Assembly: GCA_002366725.1 (NCBI GenBank)
Contig: DFBT01000095.1
Location: 4,910 to 68,909 of the forward strand
DNA from: a candidate division WOR-3 bacterium UBA3073
Lineage (GTDB): Bacteria; Hydrothermota; UBA3073
DNA length: 64,000 nt
Reading direction: 5' to 3'
Shown here: one piece after another, positions 12,160 to 21,983 of the stretch
Numbering within the stretch: the first letter of the stretch is position 1
Layout of the letters: each line of letters begins with the position of its first letter
Made by a program: the position numbers and the translations under genes
The notes under the pieces: model-generated
Seen by the model: the letters and a program-made list of their open reading frames with translations, nothing else
Databases searched by the model: none
Told to the model about the DNA's origin: nothing

Positions 12160-13122
12160 CTATCCTCCCAGGATATAGAATTCTATTCTTCTGTTCTGTG
12201 TCCTTCCTTCCTCTGTATCATTTCTCGCCGTGGGCTTGGTCTCTCCGTATCCAGATGTCCTCAGCCTCGAAGGTTCTATCCCCATTTTTATAAAAAAGTT
12301 CATAACGGACTCTGCCCTTGCCCGGGAGAGTGCGAGATTTGTCTCCGCAGAGCCCACATTGTCCGTGTGTCCCCGTATCTCCATCTTTATATTTGGGTAC
12401 TCCCTCAGGAGTTTGAGTCCTTCGTTCAAGACCGGGTAATACATAGAATCTATATCCGCACTGCCCTCGGCAAAGTATATACCTCGCACGCTGATCTTCT
12501 CATACTGTTTTAGAAGATAAAAGTCCTTGAGGAGTATCTCCCCGTCTTTTAGCAATACGGGCGTCGCATAGGGGATGTAGCCCTCGGCGTTTATCTTAAC
12601 GATGTAAGTATCTGGCGGTAATTTTAATTTAAATACACCGGTCTCGTCAGTAAGAAATGGTACTACATCTGTCTCGGGAAAGGAGATTTCGGCAACAATG
12701 GGTATTTTACTCATCCTATCAATAACCTTTCCCGCGATTTGCGCCATCGGAATGTGCACCTTTTCAAGTTCAAAACTGACGAGTAGTTCCTGCTCAGGTT
12801 CGATGACCACATTTCGAGCCTGCGGTATATACCCCTCGCTGGACGCCCTCATTATGAAACTGCCGGGTGTCGGTTGTATACTATAGTTCCCCATTGTATC
12901 TGTTTTTATCACCGTATCGGCGAGTATTATCGTGGAGGTGAGCGGTTCCCTCGTCTCCGCATCTACAACTATTCCCGATATGATGGGCGGTAAAGGGGGA
13001 TGCCGATAGAATGAGAATCCTCGTGCACAGGATAGATTGAAGGACCACGATGGAGTGACCCTTTCGCCGACCGAGATGTATGGAGGACTCGTACCTTTTA
13101 GTCTCTTTATCAACGTGACCAT
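12160..13122 (-). CDS. OmpA-family protein (carboxypeptidase-regulatory-like domain + OmpA_C peptidoglycan-binding domain); N-terminus probably continues from upstream ORF via frameshift
   Basis: 'IISGIVVDAETREPLTS' CarboxypepD_reg-like start; C-term 'IRGHTDNVGSAETNLALSRARAESV...NRRIEF' OmpA_C; no signal peptide in this ORF and a 242-nt overlap with the upstream beta-barrel ORF. Confidence 0.75.
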   Translation of the reverse strand: MVTLIKRLKGTSPPYISVGERVTPSWSFNLSCARGFSFYRHPPLPPIISGIVVDAETREPLTSTIILADTVIKTDTMGNYSIQPTPGSFIMRASSEGYIPQARNVVIEPEQELLVSFELEKVHIPMAQIAGKVIDRMSKIPIVAEISFPETDVVPFLTDETGVFKLKLPPDTYIVKINAEGYIPYATPVLLKDGEILLKDFYLLKQYEKISVRGIYFAEGSADIDSMYYPVLNEGLKLLREYPNIKMEIRGHTDNVGSAETNLALSRARAESVMNFFIKMGIEPSRLRTSGYGETKPTARNDTEEGRTQNRRIEFYILGG

Positions 13123-13930
13123 CTATCCTGAAGTTCAATGCGAGATTTGCAGATGCCCCATTTTTACTTCCTATCTTTACTCCCGGGGTGAGGTAAAAAA
13201 GCCGAGGACCAACAGTTTTGTCTCCTTGCTCACTTCCACTCATCTCGATGTAGGGAATAAAATTTTCATATAGGAAACCCAGGCCAAATCCGTATGACAG
13301 CGTGTTGCCTTTCCTGTCTTTATTGTGGGTAAAATAACCGATATTTCCATCAAATTCAACGGGGATGTCTGTGCGTGTCGTATACGAAAGCAAGAATTTT
13401 CCTCCACAGTTGAATTCTCCGGTGGTAAAGTATCTGTCCCTACCGCCTTGCCCCGTGTAAAAACCAAATACGGTGTCGGGATAGCTTCCCTTTGGCTTCG
13501 TTCCCGTCGGTATGGATATAGAAGGGAACAATCCCATACACCATCCCCCGTTTTGTTTTCTCCGAAAGACAGAGGGGGTGAGCTTCACGCCGATTTCAAG
13601 GTCTCCCAGACCGTGTGAGAGATAGTTTTGGTTGTTCGTTGAATCCAGTGCATCCGCCATATATCTTGAGAATAGATTTAGGCAAAGCCAGTCAGTGAAC
13701 GCAAATCCAAATCCCACACCGAAATCAGCAGTTGCCCAGAAGTTCTCGTTTCTGTCACCCCCAACGCTTCCGTATACATCAGAGACGAAGTTCAGATGTC
13801 CCGTACCGTCATTGGTTGCAGATATGATGTTATTAAATCCCTTTACTCCTTTTCTCGTAGGCTGGGAATAGAGAAATAATGGTACACAGAATGCAATTGT
13901 TATAATTAAAATCTGTATAATTTTCAACAT
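12881..13930 (-). CDS. Signal-peptide-bearing beta-barrel-like outer-membrane protein; likely N-terminal part of the OmpA-family gene (frameshifted)
   Basis: Signal peptide 'MLKIIQILIITIAFCVPLFLYSQ', alternating Gly/aromatic amphipathic strands; C-terminal ~60 aa look like out-of-frame translation (Cys/His-rich). Confidence 0.55.
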   Translation of the reverse strand: MLKIIQILIITIAFCVPLFLYSQPTRKGVKGFNNIISATNDGTGHLNFVSDVYGSVGGDRNENFWATADFGVGFGFAFTDWLCLNLFSRYMADALDSTNNQNYLSHGLGDLEIGVKLTPSVFRRKQNGGWCMGLFPSISIPTGTKPKGSYPDTVFGFYTGQGGRDRYFTTGEFNCGGKFLLSYTTRTDIPVEFDGNIGYFTHNKDRKGNTLSYGFGLGFLYENFIPYIEMSGSEQGDKTVGPRLFYLTPGVKIGSKNGASANLALNFRIDGHVDKETKRYESSIHLGRRKGHSIVVLQSILCTRILILSASPFTAHHIGNSCRCGDEGTAHLHDNTRRYGDKNRYNGEL

Positions 13931-14067
13931 AGTTTAACGGGTGAACTTGTGTGCATCAATTGGTATATAAGTATACAACAAAAGTTGCATTTTGTCAAGA
14001 AAAAAGTTAACTCTTTTGTTCCGAGTGGGTGTAAAAGCGGGATATGGTCGAATACAGGTTTTTTGAT

Positions 14068-15462
14068 TTACCGGGGTAGTGTAAAAAAGATGGCGATTTT
14101 AATCGAGGCTCTCGTGAAGTCGTTGCCATCTTGGTTCTTATAATTTCTTATTCGCTCGATATAAGCACCCGTGGTTATGGAGAATTTTTCTTTAACGAGA
14201 TTCCCCTCAATGCCAGCTCGCAGTCTTTCCTCTTTGCAGCCGGAGGGAATTCTTATCTTCCTCGGTTGTGGATACTTATCCCTCTCGTCCTCCCAGCCAA
14301 CATTCAGTCTTCCGTCACCGTGGGCAAGATACTCCAGTATAAAGGATAAGTAGGTAGTAGGTAGGTAGGAGCAACCTCCCGGTTGCGAAATCTGTGTCCA
14401 GTATTTTGTGAATTCTGTGTATATGTGAATGCAGTCTGATCCACCAAAGAACCCCATGGGAATGCCATTTACCTCCATTGCATTTATTTGGTTGCTGTAG
14501 TCGTGTGTGTATGTCCACCTCGGGATAACGGTCGTCTCTATTCTGAAATCAGAGGATGGTATGCCAAAGAAGTCTGTGAAATATGCTCCAAGCATTGCCC
14601 CCCCCTTAAAGGGTCTATCCTCATGAAAGATGATAGGGTCGTCGAAGAGGAATTCAAGATAGTATTTCTTCCCATTTTTTGTAAATGTAATATCACCACT
14701 TGCAACGAGGTTGTCGTCGTTATCTTTCCCCCTCCTCTGGGTGATGTAATAAAATTCCAACGGGTTTACATACTTCAAAAAGTTCTCTTTTCTGTGCAAA
14801 ACCGCTTCTGTAATACCTATGGTTACACAAGAGAGACACAGCTCCATCCTTTGACAGGCAATTCTCTTTTCACCGGTCGAGTCTTCTATACCCGCATTGA
14901 ATACAAAGAGGTGAAGTGGTCCCCTTCTCACCTCGGCATTGTACAGGAAATCGAGTGGCTGTCCCCTGCCCGAGAGAAGGAGATTGCTTTTATATCCCGG
15001 TCCGATCTTCAACCTGTTTCTACCGATTCCGATAGACATATCATCCTTGTCAAAGAGGAGATAAGCCTTCTCTACACGAACATCAAAATCTATATCCGAT
15101 ATGACCGACTGTGTTTCAAAGTTATGTATCACATATTTTGGCTCCAGGAGTGGGTCATAATATGCCAAGAACTGCTGTCCGTCACCGATCTCATCGAATG
15201 TGCCGATATTAACCTCGCCCTTTAAATGCGGGTGTATGGGAAATCCCTCCCTTATCATGGCCTCAAATATTCCGTCCCTCTTTCTGGCGCCATCGTACAA
15301 TCCGAAACCATAGAACGATATGTCCACCTTCGGGATGAATGATTCCGCTCTCACCTTATCCATTCTCCAGAAGGACATCTCTCCACTTTTCACCACCTCG
15401 TACTCCATATATCGTGGATACACACCAATAATGAGTATGACGAGAAATTGTATCATAATCAC
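14068..15462 (-). CDS. Hypothetical secreted/outer-membrane protein (possibly capsule-assembly Wzi-like beta-barrel)
   Basis: N-terminal hydrophobic signal 'MIMIQFLVILIIGVYP', 464 aa, aromatic-rich, lies between the OM proteins and the glycan locus; family not recognised with certainty. Confidence 0.4.
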   Translation of the reverse strand: MIMIQFLVILIIGVYPRYMEYEVVKSGEMSFWRMDKVRAESFIPKVDISFYGFGLYDGARKRDGIFEAMIREGFPIHPHLKGEVNIGTFDEIGDGQQFLAYYDPLLEPKYVIHNFETQSVISDIDFDVRVEKAYLLFDKDDMSIGIGRNRLKIGPGYKSNLLLSGRGQPLDFLYNAEVRRGPLHLFVFNAGIEDSTGEKRIACQRMELCLSCVTIGITEAVLHRKENFLKYVNPLEFYYITQRRGKDNDDNLVASGDITFTKNGKKYYLEFLFDDPIIFHEDRPFKGGAMLGAYFTDFFGIPSSDFRIETTVIPRWTYTHDYSNQINAMEVNGIPMGFFGGSDCIHIYTEFTKYWTQISQPGGCSYLPTTYLSFILEYLAHGDGRLNVGWEDERDKYPQPRKIRIPSGCKEERLRAGIEGNLVKEKFSITTGAYIERIRNYKNQDGNDFTRASIKIAIFFTLPR

Positions 15463-15470
15463 CCCACAAT

Positions 15471-17402
15471 CTATTTGTCAAAACCATTCTTTATATAGCT
15501 GGGTCGAAAGGTTGGAATAAGACTATTCAATAGATTAAAGATACCTTTTCTATCTCCCTTCTTAGCGAAATCATCGAGCTGTTTAACTATCTTTTCAAAC
15601 GAGTTATTATTTTGTTTCTCTGGCACGGTAACCCAAAGGTATTGGTATTTAGTTGCTGTTACTAGTTCCTCTTTAGTCATAAGTTCTTCGCGTAGTTTTT
15701 CTCCCGGTCGGAGGCCAATATATTCGATCTTAATACCTACATCGGGTTCATGTCCAGATAACGTTATCAGGTTCCTTGCCAAACTATCTATGCTTACTGG
15801 TTCTCCCATATCGAGGATGAATATTTCGCCCCCCTTGGTTATCCCTCCCGCCTCTATTACCAGATGACATGCCTCCCCCACGGTCATGAAGTATCTCTTG
15901 ACCTCGGGATGGGTGACTTCAACGGGCCCCCCATTTTCAATCTGCCGCAAGAAGAGAGGAACGACACTACCCCTTGAGCCAAGTACATTACCAAATCTTA
16001 CTGTAGAAAATTTTGTTTTATTCCTTTCGGCGAACTCCTGGACAAGAATTTCTGCAATCTTTTTACTGGCTCCCATAACAGATGTAGGATTTACTGCCTT
16101 ATCTGTGGATATCATAACGAACCTTTCCACATTTGATGCTAGCGCCTCCTCCGCTACTATTCTGGTCCCCACTATATTGTTCTTCACCGCCTCTTCCGGA
16201 CTAATTTCCATCAGGGGAACGTGTTTGTGGGCAGCAGCATGGAATACTATGGATGGTTTGAATTCCTGAAAAATCCGTGATACACGCGAGCTGTCTCTAA
16301 TATTACCTATTGCAAGAAATTTATTGACTTCGGGATAATCTCGCCCAAGTTCAAGATTTACCTCGTAGAGGCTGTTCTCGCCCCTCCCAAAGAGAATAAG
16401 GATTTCAGGATCAAGACTGGCTACCTGTCGTGCAAGTTCTTTTCCGATAGACCCACCGGCTCCGGTTATAAGTACTCTTTTTCCCGAGAGATATTCTCCC
16501 ACCTTTTTAATGTCAACATCTATTGATTTCCGCCCAAGAAGGTCTTCGGGCTTTACATTCCTTATTTGATTTATCTTTACATCTCCAGTTATTATCTCCT
16601 TTATGCCGGGCACTATCTCAAAATGAGCTCTTGTTCGGGCACATTTTTCAATAATTTCCCTAACTACTCGTCCCGATGCAGAGGGTATAGCGATAAGAAT
16701 GTGACTTACATCTTTTTTCTTAACAACATCCTCAACATCGTTCCCTGTTCCAAGAATCCTTACATCATGTATGGACTTTCCGATCTTCTTCGGGTTATCA
16801 TCTATGAAACCAATGGGGATATATCCATATTCCGGATGTGTTCTCATCTCTCTTACTACCATCTCTCCGGCATCTCCAGCACCTATTATTAGGGTTCTTT
16901 TTGGAAAGGCACATTCCTCTTTCAATATCTCATCCATAACGCGAAACGAGAATCTTATACCACCGAGCAAGATGATGTCAAGTAACCACTCAAGGATTAT
17001 TATGGACCTGGGGTAGGTAGGCTTTTTATATGTGTATAGAAAGAACATAAAGGCGGTAACGATAATAGTTCCGGTGGTAATTGCCTTAATGAGATTTATG
17101 AAATCGGCAACACTCATATACCTTAACATACTTTTGTATACACCAAAGGTATGAAGCGCCAGCATTCTTACAATCGTGATAAATATTGCGGCATAGAGAT
17201 ATTGCAAAAGATATTCCTCGGGGATACGGAAGTTAAATCTCAGGAGAAATGCCCCCAAAAGAGCGAGATTTATAAGTACGAGATCAAACACGGGAGTCAG
17301 TATGCCCGTCCTTCTCAACCTGTTTCTAGCAATTTTTCTTTTTTTGGGGTTAAGGATTTTTTTTATCAGTGCTTCAAACATTTTGCCCCCCGTAGTAGAC
17401 AA
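15471..17402 (-). CDS. Membrane-anchored UDP-GlcNAc 4,6-dehydratase / polysaccharide biosynthesis protein (CapD/PglF/WbpM family)
   Basis: 4 N-terminal TM helices, two Rossmann regions 'LIIGAGDAGEMV' and 'VLITGAGGSIGKELARQ', 643 aa. Confidence 0.85.
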   Translation of the reverse strand: MSTTGGKMFEALIKKILNPKKRKIARNRLRRTGILTPVFDLVLINLALLGAFLLRFNFRIPEEYLLQYLYAAIFITIVRMLALHTFGVYKSMLRYMSVADFINLIKAITTGTIIVTAFMFFLYTYKKPTYPRSIIILEWLLDIILLGGIRFSFRVMDEILKEECAFPKRTLIIGAGDAGEMVVREMRTHPEYGYIPIGFIDDNPKKIGKSIHDVRILGTGNDVEDVVKKKDVSHILIAIPSASGRVVREIIEKCARTRAHFEIVPGIKEIITGDVKINQIRNVKPEDLLGRKSIDVDIKKVGEYLSGKRVLITGAGGSIGKELARQVASLDPEILILFGRGENSLYEVNLELGRDYPEVNKFLAIGNIRDSSRVSRIFQEFKPSIVFHAAAHKHVPLMEISPEEAVKNNIVGTRIVAEEALASNVERFVMISTDKAVNPTSVMGASKKIAEILVQEFAERNKTKFSTVRFGNVLGSRGSVVPLFLRQIENGGPVEVTHPEVKRYFMTVGEACHLVIEAGGITKGGEIFILDMGEPVSIDSLARNLITLSGHEPDVGIKIEYIGLRPGEKLREELMTKEELVTATKYQYLWVTVPEKQNNNSFEKIVKQLDDFAKKGDRKGIFNLLNSLIPTFRPSYIKNGFDK

Positions 17403-18570
17403 CTATTTTTTCTATTGCATTTATGACATCAAGTACATCCTTCTCCTTCATTGCCGGATATATTGGCAGGGAAATTGCCCTCTCATAGACCCTCTCGGCA
17501 GAGGGGTAATCACCTTTTTTATATCCAAATCTTTCTCTATAATATGGATGTAGATGGATGGGTATATAATGGACATTCGTGCTTATATTTTCTTCTCTTA
17601 AAGCCCTGATAAATTTATCCCTTGTGATTCTCATTCTGTCAGGTTTTATTTTAATTACATAAAGATGATAGGTATTTCGACCGTATTCATATGGAGACAG
17701 GGTCTCTATCTCTTCTATATCCCCGAGCTTCTCTGTATATATAGAGGCGTATTTTTTCCGGAGTTCGATAAATCTCTCTATCTTCTCGAGTTGATGGATA
17801 CCGATAGATGCTTGAATGTCGGTCATGTTATACTTATAACCCGCAGAAACAATCTCATAAAACCAGGAACCTTTTCTTTGCCAGGCGTCTTTGTTCATCC
17901 CGTGAAGACTATTAACCCGTATGAATCTGGCCCATTCTTCGTTATCTGTCGTTATCATTCCCCCCTCTGCTGTCGTCATATTCTTAACTGCATGGAAGCT
18001 AAAGGATGTGAGGTCACCGATACTACCGATCTTCGTTTCTTTATATATTGTCCCAACCGCATGGGCAGCGTCTTCAATCACATATAGGTTATGTCTTCTT
18101 GCGATCTCCATAATCTTATCCATATCACAGGGTCTACCACCAATGTGGACGGGCATGATTGCCTTTGTTCTTTCCGTGATTTTTTCTTCTATCTTATTGT
18201 GGTTTATATTTAGGCTCTCCTCATCTATATCCACGAATACCGGGATGGCCGAAGAGTGGATAATCACATTTGAGGTAGCCGCAAATGTATATGGTGTGGT
18301 GATAATCTCATCTCCTTCAGAAACTCCAATGGCGAGAAGAGCGAGGTGTAGCCCTGCGGTGCAAGAACTCAAGGCAACGGCATATTTTGAACTTACGTAC
18401 TCAGAAAACATCCTTTCAAACCGTTTCGTTTTTGGTCCCGTAGTGATCCATCCGGATTTAAGGGTATCTACGACTTCCTTTATCTCCTCCTTTTCTATCA
18501 ATGGAGGAGCAAATGAAAGCAGGCTGTTTCTTACGGGTGTTCCGCCGGCAATTGCGGGGATTTCACTCAT
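17374..18570 (-). CDS. DegT/DnrJ/EryC1/StrS-family PLP-dependent sugar aminotransferase (PglE/WbpE-like)
   Basis: 'LLSFAPPLIEKEEIKEVVDTLKSGWITTGPK', PLP-Lys region 'SFSFHAVKNMTTAEGG'; start set to internal M (MSEIPAIAGG). Confidence 0.85.
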   Translation of the reverse strand: MSEIPAIAGGTPVRNSLLSFAPPLIEKEEIKEVVDTLKSGWITTGPKTKRFERMFSEYVSSKYAVALSSCTAGLHLALLAIGVSEGDEIITTPYTFAATSNVIIHSSAIPVFVDIDEESLNINHNKIEEKITERTKAIMPVHIGGRPCDMDKIMEIARRHNLYVIEDAAHAVGTIYKETKIGSIGDLTSFSFHAVKNMTTAEGGMITTDNEEWARFIRVNSLHGMNKDAWQRKGSWFYEIVSAGYKYNMTDIQASIGIHQLEKIERFIELRKKYASIYTEKLGDIEEIETLSPYEYGRNTYHLYVIKIKPDRMRITRDKFIRALREENISTNVHYIPIHLHPYYRERFGYKKGDYPSAERVYERAISLPIYPAMKEKDVLDVINAIEKIVVYYGGQNV

Positions 18571-19159
18571 TCCACCTCCCAAATAGTATGGTTCTGAATG
18601 TCTCCAGAATGATTCTGATATCGAATGCGAAGCTTTTCTTATTGATATACTCGATATCAAGTTTTAATTTATCTGGCAGAACGGCATTGGTATATTCTTT
18701 GTCTGCACATTCTGTAGTTAGGTGGGTTGATTCGTTTACATATTTGATTTGCGAAAGACCGGTGACTCCAGGCTTTACCTTCAGTACGATGTTGTATGTT
18801 TTTTGGAATTTTTTTACATACTCGGGCACCTCTGGTCTTGGACCCACAAGACTCATTTCACCACTCAACACATTAAATAGGTTCGGAAGTTCATCCATCT
18901 TCCATTTTCTGAGAATCCTACCAATCCTCGTAATCCTCTTATCATCCCTTGCGGTTATCTTACTTCCAATATTGTTATTGAGCATTGAGCGGAATTTATA
19001 CATATAGAAGGGAATACCGTCCTTTCCCATCCTTTTTGATTTATAGAATAGAGGTCCTCTCGAATCCAGCCTGATAAGCATTGCAATTACCATAAGTGGG
19101 ACTGACAGTAATACCACTGTTACAAGTGAACACAAAAAATCGAAACTGCGCTTCAACAT
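18563..19159 (-). CDS. Sugar-phosphate transferase (PglC/WbaP C-terminal bacterial sugar transferase family)
   Basis: Single N-terminal TM then 'RLDSRGPLFYKSKRMGKDGIPFYMYKFRSM...DELPNLFNVLSGEMSLVGPRP'. Confidence 0.85.
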   Translation of the reverse strand: MLKRSFDFLCSLVTVVLLSVPLMVIAMLIRLDSRGPLFYKSKRMGKDGIPFYMYKFRSMLNNNIGSKITARDDKRITRIGRILRKWKMDELPNLFNVLSGEMSLVGPRPEVPEYVKKFQKTYNIVLKVKPGVTGLSQIKYVNESTHLTTECADKEYTNAVLPDKLKLDIEYINKKSFAFDIRIILETFRTILFGRWNE

Positions 19160-20382
19160 GACTGTATTCTTTTTTTAAACTCTATAAGCCACTTATCAAC
19201 AATCATCGTCCAAGAATACTTTCTCTCCACCAATTCCCTGCCAAGTTTTCCTAAATTATGTGCCAGTTCAGTATCATCTGCAAGATCACGGACTGCCTTA
19301 GCTAGGGCTTCCGCATTTTCTGGTTCAACAACTATTGTACTATTTGTTTCTCTGATGATCCTTGCACATTCTCCCTCTCCACTGTAAATTACAGGAACGC
19401 TGCAAGATAATGCCGAAAAAACTTTCGAAGGTACGGCTCCTTTAAATAAATCAATTTTCCGAAGTAATACTATTGATGCCATACTCATTGAAAACAGTTT
19501 TGGCATATCATAGAAGGGACAAGGGGGAAGAAAGGCGATGTTTTTAAGACACTGTTTTTGTGCTATACATTTCAGATTAATTTTTTCCGGACCGTCTCCA
19601 ACAAGTAGAAAGAATATATCATCTCTTTGTTTAAGAATGCGGGCAGATTGAATCAATGTTTCCAGACCCTGTGCATATCCGTGAAGTCCGGCATAAATAA
19701 AAATTTTTTTCCCTTGAATCTGCAAATTCATGGCAAGTTGTTTATTTGTGGGTAACGGTTTAAAAAGCTCACTATCAACACCATTTGGTAGAAATAGTAC
19801 TTTATCTTTAAAAACTTGCTTTTTATTTTTCAGAGCATCCACGATTCCCTCTGTTACTCCATTCACTATCAGGGCTTTCTTATAAAGAAAAGATTCCAGC
19901 ATCTCAGCCAGTTTCAATAGGAATCTATTCTTTATTATCCCCATTTCCCGCACTGAATCTGGCCACAGATCAGAAATATTGAAGATATACGGGCATCTTT
20001 TAAGTCGGCTGGTGAAATATCCGCTGATCCCCAGAAATAGGGGTGGTGATTCCACAAAAATGTAATCGGGTTTAGAGATGGATAGGATGCCATAGATTGA
20101 ACTAAAGGTAAAAGAGAAATAATTTAAGAGTCGAACGATGGTGCTATTACACGGGGATGCATATATCCAGGTTCTTATGACAGGAATATTACCAATTTTC
20201 TCTCTCAGAAAAAACTTCCTCCTGTATGCGGGAACGATTTTTCCCGCAGGGTAATTTGGCATACTGGTTACAATCGTTACTTTATTTCCTTTTCTGATAA
20301 GTTGTTTAGCGATTGAATACAACCTTATCTGTGCTCCTCCAACTTCCGGAGGAAAGTACTGTGTAAGAATAAGAAAATGCAT
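19153..20382 (-). CDS. Glycosyltransferase family 4
   Basis: 'MHFLILTQYFPPEVGGAQIR' GT4 N-terminal motif, C-terminal EX7E-like region; start set at internal M to avoid overlap with the upstream GT. Confidence 0.8.
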   Translation of the reverse strand: MHFLILTQYFPPEVGGAQIRLYSIAKQLIRKGNKVTIVTSMPNYPAGKIVPAYRRKFFLREKIGNIPVIRTWIYASPCNSTIVRLLNYFSFTFSSIYGILSISKPDYIFVESPPLFLGISGYFTSRLKRCPYIFNISDLWPDSVREMGIIKNRFLLKLAEMLESFLYKKALIVNGVTEGIVDALKNKKQVFKDKVLFLPNGVDSELFKPLPTNKQLAMNLQIQGKKIFIYAGLHGYAQGLETLIQSARILKQRDDIFFLLVGDGPEKINLKCIAQKQCLKNIAFLPPCPFYDMPKLFSMSMASIVLLRKIDLFKGAVPSKVFSALSCSVPVIYSGEGECARIIRETNSTIVVEPENAEALAKAVRDLADDTELAHNLGKLGRELVERKYSWTMIVDKWLIEFKKRIQSC

Positions 20383-20402
20383 ATTCAATAAGGAATTTCC
20401 CC

Positions 20403-21548
20403 TTAAACTTTTTCCATTAATTTTTCGTAAACTGAGAGTAATCTTTCTTTTTCTATTTCCCAATTGTACTTTTTTAAGGTTGCCTTTCTCCCGTTTTCTC
20501 CCATTTTTTGTGCATTGTTCGGGTGCATTATTAAATATTCAATTGTTTTAGCAATTTCTCTTGGGTTTAACGGATTAACGGTAATCCCACAGCCTATATC
20601 TTCAATTATTTCCCTCAAACTCGGGAAATTGGATGCTACAATAGGTAGACCCGCTGCCATATACTCAAAAATTTTATTGAATCTACCGAATGCAATAACA
20701 TAGTTTGGGGTTGGATGGAGAAGAATTAAACCGATATCTGCTTCTCGCAAGTATTGAAATACTTGTTCATACGGGACCCATCCGATAAACTTGACTTTTT
20801 TACTCGCGTTCTTTGTAATTTCCCTTTCCAAAGAGAGGTCATCAAAGTTTCCCAATAACCGCAACTCGACATTATTTTTTACATAATCCATTACATGAAC
20901 CATTTCTTTTATTCCTCTATCTTTTGTTAAGCCACCCGCATAAACAAGAATGACTTGTCCTTTTGCGTTTTGTCTCTTTTTCTTATTTCTCTGTACCATT
21001 TCAAGTAGAGGAAAGTTCCTCAATATCGTGATTTTATTTGATGCCGGAAAATGCTCAGCAATATCTTTTCCCGCCACGATGATTGCGTCAAAAAAAATAG
21101 AGCTTACTCTTTCCGAAAGGAAAGCAATCTTACTTACAAGAGCTCTTATATACAAAGGAATCCATTCCTTGGTAAGAATCTGTTTTGGCACATCTTCATG
21201 AACATCATAGATAACTTTTGCCCTTGTTAGAACCTTTAAAAGTATCCCCACGGGTATTAGTTCTGGATCGTGGAAATGATAAATATCTGCTTTCTGCCTT
21301 AATGCTAACTTATACGTCTCACGCGCTGTAGTAAACACTCTAAAAAATCTATTTTTTGGCTTTGGTAAGGCTACAATTTTCACCCTGTCCACCACCTCGT
21401 TCTTGTTGTGCTGAGCAATTAAAATAACATTATACCTTGCGTTAACAAGAGTCCTTACCTCCTTGTGAAAAATACGGGTATCAAAAGCAGAGTGAACAGA
21501 GGTTAATATACAAACCTTTGGTGTTTTATTGTTGATAAGCTGTTGCAT
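20403..21548 (-). CDS. Glycosyltransferase family 4
   Basis: GT-B fold, 'ILVYAGGLTKDRGIKEMV...FEYMAAGLPIVASN' GT4 donor-binding region. Confidence 0.8.
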   Translation of the reverse strand: MQQLINNKTPKVCILTSVHSAFDTRIFHKEVRTLVNARYNVILIAQHNKNEVVDRVKIVALPKPKNRFFRVFTTARETYKLALRQKADIYHFHDPELIPVGILLKVLTRAKVIYDVHEDVPKQILTKEWIPLYIRALVSKIAFLSERVSSIFFDAIIVAGKDIAEHFPASNKITILRNFPLLEMVQRNKKKRQNAKGQVILVYAGGLTKDRGIKEMVHVMDYVKNNVELRLLGNFDDLSLEREITKNASKKVKFIGWVPYEQVFQYLREADIGLILLHPTPNYVIAFGRFNKIFEYMAAGLPIVASNFPSLREIIEDIGCGITVNPLNPREIAKTIEYLIMHPNNAQKMGENGRKATLKKYNWEIEKERLLSVYEKLMEKV

Positions 21549-21594
21549 CGTATTTTTTTATGACATATTTCATCTAGTTTTATTAGTGATTTTT

Positions 21595-21980
21595 TCTTCT
21601 ATCTTTTCAGTGTTTATGTTTAGAGTGTCTGGACATCTATCAATAAATACATGTGTTGTCTTGCAGTGAAGTATTACATTTGAGGTGGCTACAAATGTGT
21701 ATGGCATTGTGATGACTTCCCTCTTCCCCTTTCAACTTGAAACAAGCAACGATAGAAATAGACCTGCAGTGCAGGAGGAAAGAGCAACAGTATATCTTGC
21801 GTTTATATATCTTGCAAACTCTCTTTCAAATTTTTCAACCTTTGGTCCTGTGATAATCCAACCAGACTTTAATGTATCTGACCTCATTGATCTCCTCTTC
21901 TCTGATCGAGGGAGGAACGAATGAAAGAAAGGCTGATCTCACAGGGCTTCCACCCTCTATACAAGGCAATTCGTTTTTTA
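21595..21980 (-). pseudogene. Decayed N-terminal fragment of a second DegT-family aminotransferase gene (paralog of 17374..18570)
   Basis: ~380 nt clearly alignable by eye to 18170-18570 (e.g. 'cacatttgaggtggctacaaatgtgtatgg' vs 'cacatttgaggtagccgcaaatgtatatgg'); no minus-strand ORF of 60 aa or more, so the frame is disrupted. Confidence 0.7.
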
Positions 21981-21983
21981 TTG

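Noticed and set aside
14488-15225. 245-aa plus-strand ORF
   Set aside because: It lies fully inside and antisense to the 464-aa secreted protein gene, and has no domain features.
17921-19007. Plus-strand ORFs of 221 and 168 aa
   Set aside because: They are antisense to the DegT and sugar-transferase genes. They were useful only as the template that revealed the DegT pseudogene at 21595-21980, whose plus-strand shadow ORF 21685..21924 is near-identical.
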